Source of the DNA: Eubacteriales bacterium
Lineage (GTDB): Bacteria; Bacillota; Clostridia; Lachnospirales; JAKSVV01
DNA length: 64,000 bases
Assembly (NCBI GenBank): GCA_031549455.1
Contig: JAVBPT010000003.1
Coordinates: forward strand, 8,912 to 72,911
Direction: 5' to 3'
The notes under the pieces were generated by a model, which worked only from the letters and a program-made list of their open reading frames with translations, searched no databases and had not been told where the DNA came from. This document shows, in pieces, positions 1 through 8,084 of the stretch. Each line of letters starts with the position of its first letter. Position 1 is the first letter of the stretch. The position numbers and the translations under genes were made by a program.

Positions 1-824
1 ACGCCGTTCTGGTTAATGCAACCAGAGAGAATCGTTTCGCCAACAGAGACGTTCATAGGCATTGACTCACCCGTTAGGGATCTTGTGTCTAGCATCGATT
101 CTCCTTGAATAACAACCCCATCAAGTGGCACTTTTTCCCCAGGCTTAACCATAATCATATCCCCAATTTTCACATCCTCTGGCGAAACCTTTAGGAAAGC
201 ATCTCCCTTTTTGAGGTTTGCAAAGTCGGGTCGGATATCCATCAGGTTGCTGATCGATTTTTTGGATTTATCAATCGCAAGATCCTCAAAATATTCACCC
301 ACCTGGAAGAATAACATAACCGCTACCGCTTCAGCGAAATCTCCGATCAAAAAGGCACCAATTGTGGCAATGCCCATTAAAAAGTTTTCGTCAAATAGAT
401 CACCTGATAGCGCGTTTTTGACCGCTTTTAGGATTACTCCTCCCCCGAGTATCAGATAGCTGGTTAGGAATAAAAAAAGTTCGGCCAGAATGGGTAGAGA
501 GACAAAATGGGATAAGCCGATCGCCAGTAGAAAGAAAAGAGCGCCACAGATGATTTTGGTGAGGTTTGAATGTTCCTCTCCCTCATGCTCTTCTTTTTTA
601 CTCGTTTTTGGCGTGGCAATCACATCCGATTCATATTTACATATGATTTTATTAATATCAGAAGTGACATCTGACTTTACGGAGGGGTCCATTTCCACTC
701 TTAAAAGGGAGGTCACAAGATTGAGAGAGGTTGATCGGATATAGGGCAACAATTTGATCTCCTCTTCAATCTTTCTTGCACAATTTGCACATCGTAAACC
801 TTGTAATATATACTCTTTTTCCAT
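1..824 (-). CDS. cadA: Heavy-metal translocating P1B-type ATPase (CadA-like), 5' portion only; the gene continues beyond the window start
   Basis: Absent from the ORF track because it runs off the edge. Minus-strand translation from ATG 824-822 (GGAGG just upstream) gives MEKEYILQGLRCANCARKIEEE..., an HMA domain with CxxC. TM helices and the actuator motifs GDMIMVKPGEKVPLDG and LTGES follow. It lies directly downstream of a CadC-like repressor. Confidence 0.85.
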   Translation of the reverse strand, partial: MEKEYILQGLRCANCARKIEEEIKLLPYIRSTSLNLVTSLLRVEMDPSVKSDVTSDINKIICKYESDVIATPKTSKKEEHEGEEHSNLTKIICGALFFLLAIGLSHFVSLPILAELFLFLTSYLILGGGVILKAVKNALSGDLFDENFLMGIATIGAFLIGDFAEAVAVMLFFQVGEYFEDLAIDKSKKSISNLMDIRPDFANLKKGDAFLKVSPEDVKIGDMIMVKPGEKVPLDGVVIQGESMLDTRSLTGESMPMNVSVGETILSGCINQNG

Positions 825-875
825 CTCTCCTCCTTGTAATAGTTGTTCAATTATTCAATTATATGATCCCAAAAA

Positions 876-1235
876 TTATTCGTGTATATGTTCAAAACCT
901 TTTTCGAAAATGTCTTTTACGTGGCTGTCTGCTAAAGAGTAGTATACCACTTTCCCAACCTTATGATATTGAATCAGATTGGCAAGTCTTAACGACTTTA
1001 ACTGATGTGATATTGCAGACTTGGTCATATTTAATAAAACGGCAAGATCGCATACACACATTTCATTGCAGTTTAGTGCCCACAAAATGCGCAACCTGGT
1101 TTGATCTGAAAACATTTTATATAGGTTTGAAAGATCATAAAAATCGCGTTCTTTGGGCATCATTTTAGTGACCTTATTTACAACCTCTTGGTGAATCACA
1201 TCACAATCACAGTTGATTTCAGTAACTTTTTTCAT
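876..1235 (-). CDS. cadC: ArsR/SmtB-family metalloregulator, CadC-like
   Basis: ORF 876..1262. I prefer the internal ATG at 1235 (MKKVTEINCDCD...) because GGAGG lies 6 nt upstream. It has an N-terminal Cys pair, the CVCDL metal-site motif and the ArsR HTH (LNMTKSAISHQLKSLRLANLI). Confidence 0.85.
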   Translation of the reverse strand: MKKVTEINCDCDVIHQEVVNKVTKMMPKERDFYDLSNLYKMFSDQTRLRILWALNCNEMCVCDLAVLLNMTKSAISHQLKSLRLANLIQYHKVGKVVYYSLADSHVKDIFEKGFEHIHE

Positions 1236-1246
1236 ATAAACCTCCA

Positions 1247-1270
1247 ATAGTTGAACAATCATTCAACTAT
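1247..1270 (-). promoter_or_regulatory. Candidate CadC operator: perfect inverted repeat ATAGTTGAA-N6-TTCAACTAT
   Basis: Read directly from the sequence. It lies between the -10 box and the RBS of cadC, the usual position for ArsR/SmtB autoregulatory operators. Confidence 0.6.
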
Positions 1271-1276
1271 AATTCT

Positions 1277-1305
1277 ATTATACAACCTTTTGCCTGATTT
1301 GTCAA
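1277..1305 (-). promoter_or_regulatory. Sigma-A type promoter of cadC-cadA (TTGACA-17-TATAAT)
   Basis: On the minus strand: TTGACA (1305-1300), a 17-nt spacer, TATAAT (1282-1277). Both hexamers match the consensus. Confidence 0.7.
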
Positions 1306-1306
1306 A

Positions 1307-1978
1307 TTAGATATTTTCAATTTGCCAGTCGATCTCCTGGATGCCACTCTCTTTCAGGAAGCGATTTGCTTTTGAGAAGTGTTTGCAGCCAAAGAATCCA
1401 GAGTGTGCGGAAAATGGGCTTGGATGGGCGGCTTCCAAAATAAAATGTTGTTTATTCGTAATCAAATATTTTTTGGATTTTGCATAATTTCCCCATAGGA
1501 TAAAAACCACGGGTTCACATTTATCATTTAATAGGCTAATAATTTTATCTGTGAAATACTGCCATCTTATATTCGCATGAGAAGTCGGTGTATTTGCTCT
1601 TACAGTTAGTACGGAGTTTAAAAGCAGGACACCTTGATTGGTCCATTTGGTTAAGCAGCCATTGTTGGGTATGTAACAGCCAATATCGTCATGCAGCTCC
1701 TTATAAATATTTACGAGAGAAGGGGGAGACTTGATTCCTGGATTGACAGAAAAAGCAAGACCATGCGCCTGTCCTGTGCCATGGTAAGGGTCTTGCCCTA
1801 GTATAACCACCTTGGCATCTTTGAATGTGGTATATCGTAGAGCATTGTAGATATCTTCTTGTTTTGGATAAACAATATTGTTTTTATATTCCTCATCCAA
1901 AAATTGAGTGATTCGATTGAAGTAGCTTTTATTAAACTCTTCTTCTAATACGGTATCCCAATCATTATTTAGCTTCAT
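1307..1978 (-). CDS. ung: Uracil-DNA glycosylase, family 1
   Basis: 223 aa with the GQDPYHG water-activating motif and the HPSPFSA leucine-loop region. Overlaps the nifU stop by 14 nt. Confidence 0.95.
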   Translation of the reverse strand: MKLNNDWDTVLEEEFNKSYFNRITQFLDEEYKNNIVYPKQEDIYNALRYTTFKDAKVVILGQDPYHGTGQAHGLAFSVNPGIKSPPSLVNIYKELHDDIGCYIPNNGCLTKWTNQGVLLLNSVLTVRANTPTSHANIRWQYFTDKIISLLNDKCEPVVFILWGNYAKSKKYLITNKQHFILEAAHPSPFSAHSGFFGCKHFSKANRFLKESGIQEIDWQIENI

Positions 1979-2348
1979 TTTGTCCCTTGCTCCTATAATT
2001 TTCTATGGCAGCTTTTAGGGCCTCTTCCGCTAGGCATGAGCAGTGCACTTTTACTGCAGGAAGGCCTCCTAATTGTTCAATTACATCCTTATTTGTAATC
2101 TGACTGGCTTCTTCAAGCGTCTTCCCTTTGACAAGTTCTGTCATGAGGCTGCTTGTGGCAATAGCTGCACCGCAGCCGAAAGTTTGAAAACTGGCATCAA
2201 CAATAATATTATTCCTTACTTTGATCCACATTTTCATAATGTCGCCACATTTTGCATTCCCGACTTCTCCAATGCCATCGGCATCTTGCATTTCTCCAAC
2301 ATTTTTTGGGTTCATAAAATAATCCATTACTTCTTTGGTGTATTCCAT
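1965..2348 (-). CDS. nifU: Fe-S cluster scaffold protein, IscU/NifU N-terminal type
   Basis: 127 aa with the three conserved scaffold cysteines (AKCGD, FGCGAAIA, VHCS). Directly downstream of nifS. Confidence 0.9.
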   Translation of the reverse strand: MEYTKEVMDYFMNPKNVGEMQDADGIGEVGNAKCGDIMKMWIKVRNNIIVDASFQTFGCGAAIATSSLMTELVKGKTLEEASQITNKDVIEQLGGLPAVKVHCSCLAEEALKAAIENYRSKGQNEAK

Positions 2349-2366
2349 TTTTTTCTCCTTTGTATT

Positions 2367-3515
2367 TTATTTGATTGGTGAGATTTCTCTTAATTTTGAC
2401 ACAATTTTAGGCAAGGCATCGATTACTGCGTTTACATCCGCATCTGTGTTAAAATCTCCGAGTGTAAGTCTGAGCGAGCCATGTGCAATCTCGTGGGGAA
2501 GACCAATGGCTAGAAGTACGTGAGAAGGATCTAGTGAACCGGATGAGCAAGCAGAGCCACTCGAGGCATATATATTCATGCTATTTAATAGCAATAGAAT
2601 GGATTCACCTTCTATCCTTCTGAACGAAAAGTTAATATTGTTCGGCAGGCGTTCTGTGGGATGACCATTTAAAATGGTGTCAGGGATCCGTTCCATGATT
2701 TCACCAATGAGGCGATCGCGCATTTGCTTTATCTTTTCCTTATGTTCGAAATTTTGGAGGACAAGCAGGGCTGCCTTTCCAAACCCCACAATACCCGAGA
2801 GATTTTCTGTGCCAGAACGTTTATGGTTTTCTTGTCCGCCGCCATGTATAAATGGCTCGATCTTTATGCCATTTCGAATGTATAGGGCACCCACCCCTTT
2901 TGGGCCGTATATTTTATGTGCCGACATCGAAAGCATATCAACATTTAGCTTTTTAACGTCTATCTCAAGCTGACCTGTCGCTTGTACCGCATCTGTGTGG
3001 AAAAGAACGCCATGGTCTTTTGCGATTTTCCCAATTTCCTCTATAGGCTGAATGGTTCCAATCTCATTGTTTGCAAACATGATGGAGATTAGAAGGGTAT
3101 TTTCCTTAATACTAGATTCAAGCTCGGAGAGACGGATGAGGCCATTCTCATCGACATCTAGGTAGGTCATCTCAACACCTTTTTTTTCTAAATACTCACA
3201 TGTATTTAAAATCGCCGGGTGTTCGATTTTGGTTGTAATGATATGAACTGAACGGCCCGGATTTGCATCGACAAGTCCTTTTAGTGCCCAGTTATTGGCC
3301 TCTGTGCCAGAACCGGTGAAATAAATTTCCTTTGGTTCACACTGGATTAGGTTTGCCACATTTTCGCGAGCTGCATTGATCGCTTTTTTATTTTCTCTGG
3401 CGATATCGTATACACTAGAAGGGTTTGCATAGTGCACATTTAGGTATTGAATCATTTCATTTAAAACCTCATCCTTTACCTTTGTGGTAGCAGCATTATC
3501 AAAGTAGATTTCCAT
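2367..3515 (-). CDS. nifS: Cysteine desulfurase (NifS/IscS, class V aminotransferase)
   Basis: 382 aa with the PLP-lysine region SAHKIYGPKG and the active-site Cys loop SSGSACSS. Confidence 0.95.
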   Translation of the reverse strand: MEIYFDNAATTKVKDEVLNEMIQYLNVHYANPSSVYDIARENKKAINAARENVANLIQCEPKEIYFTGSGTEANNWALKGLVDANPGRSVHIITTKIEHPAILNTCEYLEKKGVEMTYLDVDENGLIRLSELESSIKENTLLISIMFANNEIGTIQPIEEIGKIAKDHGVLFHTDAVQATGQLEIDVKKLNVDMLSMSAHKIYGPKGVGALYIRNGIKIEPFIHGGGQENHKRSGTENLSGIVGFGKAALLVLQNFEHKEKIKQMRDRLIGEIMERIPDTILNGHPTERLPNNINFSFRRIEGESILLLLNSMNIYASSGSACSSGSLDPSHVLLAIGLPHEIAHGSLRLTLGDFNTDADVNAVIDALPKIVSKLREISPIK

Positions 3516-3527
3516 AGTTGGTCTCCT

Positions 3528-3956
3528 TTACAAATTTTCAATATCTTTTAGGCTAATCTGATTAAAAAGCTCGATCATATTTTGATCGATCTGATTTAAT
3601 AAGCGTGTCACCTTACATTTATTCTTAGAGATACACTTTAGCTTATGATTAGTATTACACAAAGTATTTTTTTCATTACACATTGTGACAAGAATAGAGG
3701 GCTCAAGTGCATTAATAATGTCATATAGACTAATGGTGCAGATCGGCCTTGCAAGTTTGTAGCCACCGCATACCCCCTTGGAACTACTCAAAATTCCTTC
3801 CTTTTTTAAAAGGGAAACAATCTTTTCCAGATAGTTTTCAGAAAAGGCATTTTGGGTGGAGAGGGTTTTTAAAGAAACAAACTCAGTTTCTCCTCTTTTA
3901 TCGATTAAATCAAGAAGGATCTGTAGGCCGTAAGCTAGTCTTTTTGTAATAACCAT
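3528..3956 (-). CDS. Rrf2-family transcriptional regulator (IscR-like)
   Basis: ORF 3528..4034. The start is probably the ATG at 3956 (MVITKRLAYGLQILLDL), a typical Rrf2 N-terminus. It has a Cys-rich C-terminal half and heads the nifS-nifU operon. Confidence 0.85.
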   Translation of the reverse strand: MVITKRLAYGLQILLDLIDKRGETEFVSLKTLSTQNAFSENYLEKIVSLLKKEGILSSSKGVCGGYKLARPICTISLYDIINALEPSILVTMCNEKNTLCNTNHKLKCISKNKCKVTRLLNQIDQNMIELFNQISLKDIENL

Positions 3957-3986
3957 AATTCCGCCTTTCAAAAGAGGATATAACAT

Positions 3987-4015
3987 ATTATATTGATAAT
4001 TATTTATTTTGTCAA
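3987..4015 (-). promoter_or_regulatory. Sigma-A promoter of the iscR-nifS-nifU-ung operon (TTGACA-17-TATAAT)
   Basis: On the minus strand: TTGACA (4015-4010), a 17-nt spacer, TATAAT (3992-3987). Consensus hexamers about 30 nt upstream of the start codon. Confidence 0.7.
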
Positions 4016-4144
4016 CAAAAATTTTAAAAAGCACGAAAAAGAGAGGAGAAACCTTGCATCTTTGTCCAAATTGTGATAATGTGGGTTGTATTAAATCACA
4101 ACAATTTGATTTGATTTAAAATAAATAATAGAAAGGATGCTATT

Positions 4145-4762
4145 ATGTTGGTAAACAGTGTGAATAGAATCATTGTGAAAAACACGGATGGAAAAAAGGA
4201 TAGTCAAAGCACAAAGAAGAGTGAGCAAAAGAAAGGAGCGTCTGGCGACAGCTATGAGAAAGCCAAACCAGATAGTCATGTGACCTATACGGTAAACTTG
4301 AGTGCTTTAAATAGGATGAAGGCAGAGCTGAACACAAAGCTTTTTGAATTAAATGCATTGACAAACAGCAGCACGAAGGGTCAGGCCTACCTATTTGAAT
4401 ATGCAACGGGGAAAATAGACTGGGATAACTTTTCTGCCAATTTCCTAAAACTGAGATTCCAAATGATTGAGTTTGAGGTTGTTACGCCGGAGGCTCAGAG
4501 TGAGGCAGAAGAGATGATTGGGGAGGACGGCTACTTTGGAGTCAAAAATACAGCCAAGAGGATTCTGGACTTTGCAAAACTATTTGGAGGGGACAACTCA
4601 AGGATTGGCATTTTGAAAAAAGCTTTTATGGATGGATTTGATGCAGCTGAGAAGGTCTGGGGAGATAAGTTGCCTGAAATCTGTTACCAAACGTATGATA
4701 AAGTTATGGAAGGATTTCTTGAAATGGAAAAAGAAGCTGGAGTTGAAACAAAGGAAGAATAA
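4145..4762 (+). CDS. Hypothetical protein with a Lys-rich disordered N-terminus and a conserved-looking C-terminal domain
   Basis: 205-aa ORF with an AAAGGA RBS. The C-terminal segment GYFGVKNTAKRILDFAKLFGG...GFDAAEKVWGDKLPEICYQTYD recalls an uncharacterised DUF (possibly DUF5610, from memory, unverified). No signal peptide. Confidence 0.6.
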   Translation: MLVNSVNRIIVKNTDGKKDSQSTKKSEQKKGASGDSYEKAKPDSHVTYTVNLSALNRMKAELNTKLFELNALTNSSTKGQAYLFEYATGKIDWDNFSANFLKLRFQMIEFEVVTPEAQSEAEEMIGEDGYFGVKNTAKRILDFAKLFGGDNSRIGILKKAFMDGFDAAEKVWGDKLPEICYQTYDKVMEGFLEMEKEAGVETKEE

Positions 4763-4770
4763 TAAAATAG

Positions 4771-4796
4771 AAGGAAAGAGCGATCTTTCTTTTTCT
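4771..4796 (+). terminator. Intrinsic terminator
   Basis: Stem GAAAGA/TCTTTC with a GCGA tetraloop, followed by a T-run, immediately after the stop of the 4145..4762 gene. Confidence 0.7.
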
Positions 4797-4906
4797 ATGG
4801 GATCAAATTTCACAAAAAAGGGCTCATTATTCAGGCGGCCATCATCTAGTTTTCACATTGGATTAGTATGATAAGATCAAAGAGGAGTAAGAAAAGGAGG
4901 AAAGTA

Positions 4907-5386
4907 ATGAAAAAAGGTATGTTCGGTTTATTTGCAGTGGTACTGATGGCGGTGATTGGTATTTCCGCATTTGCGGCGACCACCGCAAACGATGGTGAAA
5001 AGATTCTAAAAAGAGGAGGCAGAATACTCCTGGATAAGGAGAATCTGACAGAAGAACAATTAGCAGAAATGAAGGAAAACAGAGTATTTCGTACGGAAAA
5101 GAGGGAAGATTTAACCGAAGAACAGATTGCTGAAATGAAGGCTGAAAAAGAAAAATGGGCAAATCTAACCGATGCGCAAAAGGCCGAATTGAATGACTTA
5201 GAAGCAAAAGGCCGAGAAATCAGAAATCAAATGGTCGATAAGTATCTCGAATTTGGTCTTGTTACGGAGGACCAAGCAGCGAAGATGAAAGAACAAAATG
5301 AAAATGTAAAAGATGGATTTCATGTTGAAAAAGCAGGATTTGGAGCACCAAGGCTTCAAAGCGAAAAAACAACAGAATCCAAATAA
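4907..5386 (+). CDS. Secreted YckD-like (DUF2680-type) helical repeat protein
   Basis: ORF 4868..5386. ATG 4907 follows AGGAGG. It has a signal peptide (MKKGMFGLFAVVLMAVIGISAFA) and repeated LTEEQxAEMK / LTDAQKAELNDLEAKGREIRNQMVDKYLEFGLV units resembling B. subtilis YckD. Confidence 0.7.
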   Translation: MKKGMFGLFAVVLMAVIGISAFAATTANDGEKILKRGGRILLDKENLTEEQLAEMKENRVFRTEKREDLTEEQIAEMKAEKEKWANLTDAQKAELNDLEAKGREIRNQMVDKYLEFGLVTEDQAAKMKEQNENVKDGFHVEKAGFGAPRLQSEKTTESK

Positions 5387-5404
5387 AGGATCTTACTCCT
5401 CTTT

Positions 5405-5438
5405 AGCTCACAAATTTGAACTGTGGGCTTTATCTTTT
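5405..5438 (+). terminator. Probable intrinsic terminator
   Basis: 8-bp stem AGCTCACA/TGTGGGCT (one G-U pair) with a 9-nt loop, followed by TTATCTTTT. Confidence 0.45.
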
Positions 5439-5476
5439 GAAAATAAAGTTGTATAATAATACTTGAGGTGTTCGAT

Positions 5477-6151
5477 ATGTATAAGATTTTAATCACAGAT
5501 GATGAAGAAAAAATAAGAGTGTTGATAAAGAAGTATGCGACGTATGAAGGGCATACAGCGATAGAGGCCAAAAGCGGGATGGAAGCGATTGACTTGTGCA
5601 AAAAGGATCGGTTCGATATCATCATCATGGATATCATGATGCCTGAATTGGATGGCTTTTCTGCGGTGAAGGAGATCAGAAAGAATGTAGACACGCCCGT
5701 CATCATGCTTTCGGCCAGAGGAGAGGAATATGATAAGCTGCATGGATTCCAGATTGGCATTGATGACTATGTTGTAAAGCCTTTTTCGCCCAAAGAGCTC
5801 ATGATGAGGATTGATGCGATTATGAAACGTACCAATAGGATGATGCTGGAGGGAGCTCATGAAACCTATATCCGTGACCAATTTAAAGCGGACTTTACGG
5901 CTAGGAAAATTCTAATTGGAGATCAAGAGATCGACCTCACTCCAAAAGAGTATGAATTGCTGTTTTATATGATTAAAAATAAGAATATTGCCTTAACCAG
6001 AGATAAGTTACTTCAAGAGGTTTGGGGATATGACTTCTATGGGGATGATCGAACACTCGATACCCATATCAAGATGTTGCGTAAAAGCATTGGGGACTAT
6101 GGCAATCTGATCGTAACCCTTCGGGGGGTCGGATACCGGTTTGAGGGATAG
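5477..6151 (+). CDS. OmpR-family response regulator
   Basis: Receiver domain (ILITDDEE..., DIIIMDIMMPELDG, K in VVKPF) plus a winged-helix output (LTPKEYELLFYM, RGVGYRF). ATG 5477 follows a GAGGTG RBS. Confidence 0.9.
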   Translation: MYKILITDDEEKIRVLIKKYATYEGHTAIEAKSGMEAIDLCKKDRFDIIIMDIMMPELDGFSAVKEIRKNVDTPVIMLSARGEEYDKLHGFQIGIDDYVVKPFSPKELMMRIDAIMKRTNRMMLEGAHETYIRDQFKADFTARKILIGDQEIDLTPKEYELLFYMIKNKNIALTRDKLLQEVWGYDFYGDDRTLDTHIKMLRKSIGDYGNLIVTLRGVGYRFEG

Positions 6152-6152
6152 T

Positions 6153-7574
6153 ATGAAAAATGTGAGTATAAAATGGAAAATATTTTTATATCTTATAGGA
6201 TTCTGTTCATTATTGCTTGTATTCCTATGGTTTTTTCAGGTTATTTTTTTAAATGATTTCTACAAAAATATTAAGATTGGAGAGGTTAAAAGAACAGCAC
6301 AGTTGATTATGAATAGCATCGACTCAGAAGAGCTCACAGATCTCGTACAGAAATACTCTTTTATGAATGATGTCTGCATTGAGATTTTAATCGAGGGAGA
6401 GAATTATCCCATTACATCAGACGTTTTGGGGGACTGCGTTATTCATAAGATGACCGCGCTCGAAAAAATCAAGATGTTAGAAAAGACACAAGAAAATAAC
6501 GGAGAAATGCTAGAATATTTTAGTTTGTATACCATTCGGACTAAAACGACGAGTAGAAGGCCAATGGACGATGCCAAGCTGGAGATTGTTTACTCCAAGA
6601 TTTTACACAACAAAGAGAACAAGATGGTTATTATCTTCATTAATTCGGTTGCCAACCCGGTGGGTGCAACCGTAAGCACTTTGAGGGCACAGCTATACTA
6701 TATTACGTTTTTTATGGTTGCGATCTCTACGATTCTAGCGATTCTGATCTCAAAGTATATCTCAAAACCAATTGAGGAGTTGAATAAAAGTACCAAGAGA
6801 CTGGCTTCCGGCAAGTATGATACAGCGTTTAGCGGAAATGGGTATAAGGAGATAAAGGAGTTATCAGATACATTGAATTACACAGCTTTAGAGCTTTCGA
6901 AAGTGGAAAATTTGAGAAAAGAATTGATTGCCAATGTGTCGCATGATCTTAGAACCCCTCTTACGCTAATAGCAGGGTATGCGGAGGCAATGAGGGATTT
7001 ACCAGAGGAGAACAATGCAGAAAATGCACAGATTATAGTGGATGAAACCAAGAGGCTAACAAGCCTTGTAAATGATACGCTAGACTTAAGTAAACTACAG
7101 TCGGGAATGCAGGTGTTGGCTTTATCAGAATTTAATCTCACGGAGAGTCTCAAGAATGGGATAGACAGGATGCAAGAGTTTATTAAGAAAGAGGGATATC
7201 AGATTGAGTTCGATCACGATACAGATGTGATGATTTGCGCAGATGAAACAAAGATTTCACGGGTGTTTTATAATCTTTTGATTAATGCAATTAGTTATAC
7301 AGGGGAAGATCATAGGGTCATCATTCATCAGATTGTAGAAGAGGATCTTGTTAAAATTGAGGTGACAGATAGTGGAGAAGGGATCTCGGAAGAAAATCTG
7401 CCATATATCTGGGATCGATATTATAAGATAGATGAGAATCACAAAAGACCGATAACGGGGACGGGGATTGGTCTATCAATTGTTAAGTCTATTATGGGGT
7501 TACACCAGGGGGGCTATGGTGTTTCCTCCCAAGTGGGAAAGGGAAGTACTTTCTGGTTCAGTTTGAAAAGATAA
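6153..7574 (+). CDS. Sensor histidine kinase (two TM helices, HAMP, HisKA, HATPase_c)
   Basis: H-box SHDLRTPLT, N-box NLLINAISYT, G-boxes DSGEGI and GTGIGLSIV. The start overlaps or abuts the response-regulator stop. Confidence 0.9.
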   Translation: MKNVSIKWKIFLYLIGFCSLLLVFLWFFQVIFLNDFYKNIKIGEVKRTAQLIMNSIDSEELTDLVQKYSFMNDVCIEILIEGENYPITSDVLGDCVIHKMTALEKIKMLEKTQENNGEMLEYFSLYTIRTKTTSRRPMDDAKLEIVYSKILHNKENKMVIIFINSVANPVGATVSTLRAQLYYITFFMVAISTILAILISKYISKPIEELNKSTKRLASGKYDTAFSGNGYKEIKELSDTLNYTALELSKVENLRKELIANVSHDLRTPLTLIAGYAEAMRDLPEENNAENAQIIVDETKRLTSLVNDTLDLSKLQSGMQVLALSEFNLTESLKNGIDRMQEFIKKEGYQIEFDHDTDVMICADETKISRVFYNLLINAISYTGEDHRVIIHQIVEEDLVKIEVTDSGEGISEENLPYIWDRYYKIDENHKRPITGTGIGLSIVKSIMGLHQGGYGVSSQVGKGSTFWFSLKR

Positions 7575-7582
7575 AGAGCATG

Positions 7583-7612
7583 AAAAAACTACCTGATACA
7601 GGTAGTTTTTTT
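7583..7612. terminator. Bidirectional intrinsic terminator between convergent genes
   Basis: Stem CTACCTG/CAGGTAG with an ATA loop, flanked by an A-run and a T-run. Confidence 0.8.
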
Positions 7613-7622
7613 GAAATCTAGA

Positions 7623-7784
7623 TTATCTATCAAAATTTCTTCTTTGTGCTTTTTTCTTATTTCTGCATTCTCTACATCTAACTGGTTCGTTTTCAAAACC
7701 TTGTTCTTTGTAGAATTCTTGTTCACGAACTGTAAAAGTGAATTCACGACCACAGTCTTTACATACGATTGTTTTGTCTTCCAC
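7623..7784 (-). CDS. Small zinc-ribbon protein (53 aa)
   Basis: Below the ORF-track size cutoff. GTG 7784 lies 6 nt after GGAGG. Translation: VEDKTIVCKDCGREFTFTVREQEFYKEQGFENEPVRCRECRNKKKAQRRNFDR, i.e. CxxC...CxxC, a widespread small zinc-ribbon family. Confidence 0.75.
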   Translation of the reverse strand: MEDKTIVCKDCGREFTFTVREQEFYKEQGFENEPVRCRECRNKKKAQRRNFDR

Positions 7785-8084
7785 AGGAAACCTCCTTTTT
7801 ATTTTTAAACTAACGGAACCTTGATAATAATAAAACTTGAAAAAGATAATGATTAAATAAAAAGGGGTTAGCTTATTGATATAAATAATATCACATTTTA
7901 TGTTGGATGTAAAGAGAAAATGCTAATTTTTTTGTGTTTATAACCAGCAGCCTATGGAAAAGTTTTTTCTAATCCGAAATAGGACTTGATTCATTTTATC
8001 TGAAACAAACCAAAATATACCAGAAAAAATCTGTTAAAAACTACATACAAAATCAAAAAAATATGTTAAAATAAATACAAGTTA

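Noticed and set aside
211-1168. Plus-strand ORFs 211..459, 490..744, 754..942 and 776..1168
   Set aside because: They are antisense to the clearly homologous cadA and cadC genes, and their translations are low-complexity with no RBS.
7810-8084. The 275-bp intergenic region upstream of the giant surface gene as a riboswitch (for example c-di-GMP) or sRNA
   Set aside because: The region is very AT-rich with no GC-rich helices or conserved riboswitch core sequences I can recognise. It more likely holds a promoter and UTR. Only a weak sigma-E-like match was noted.
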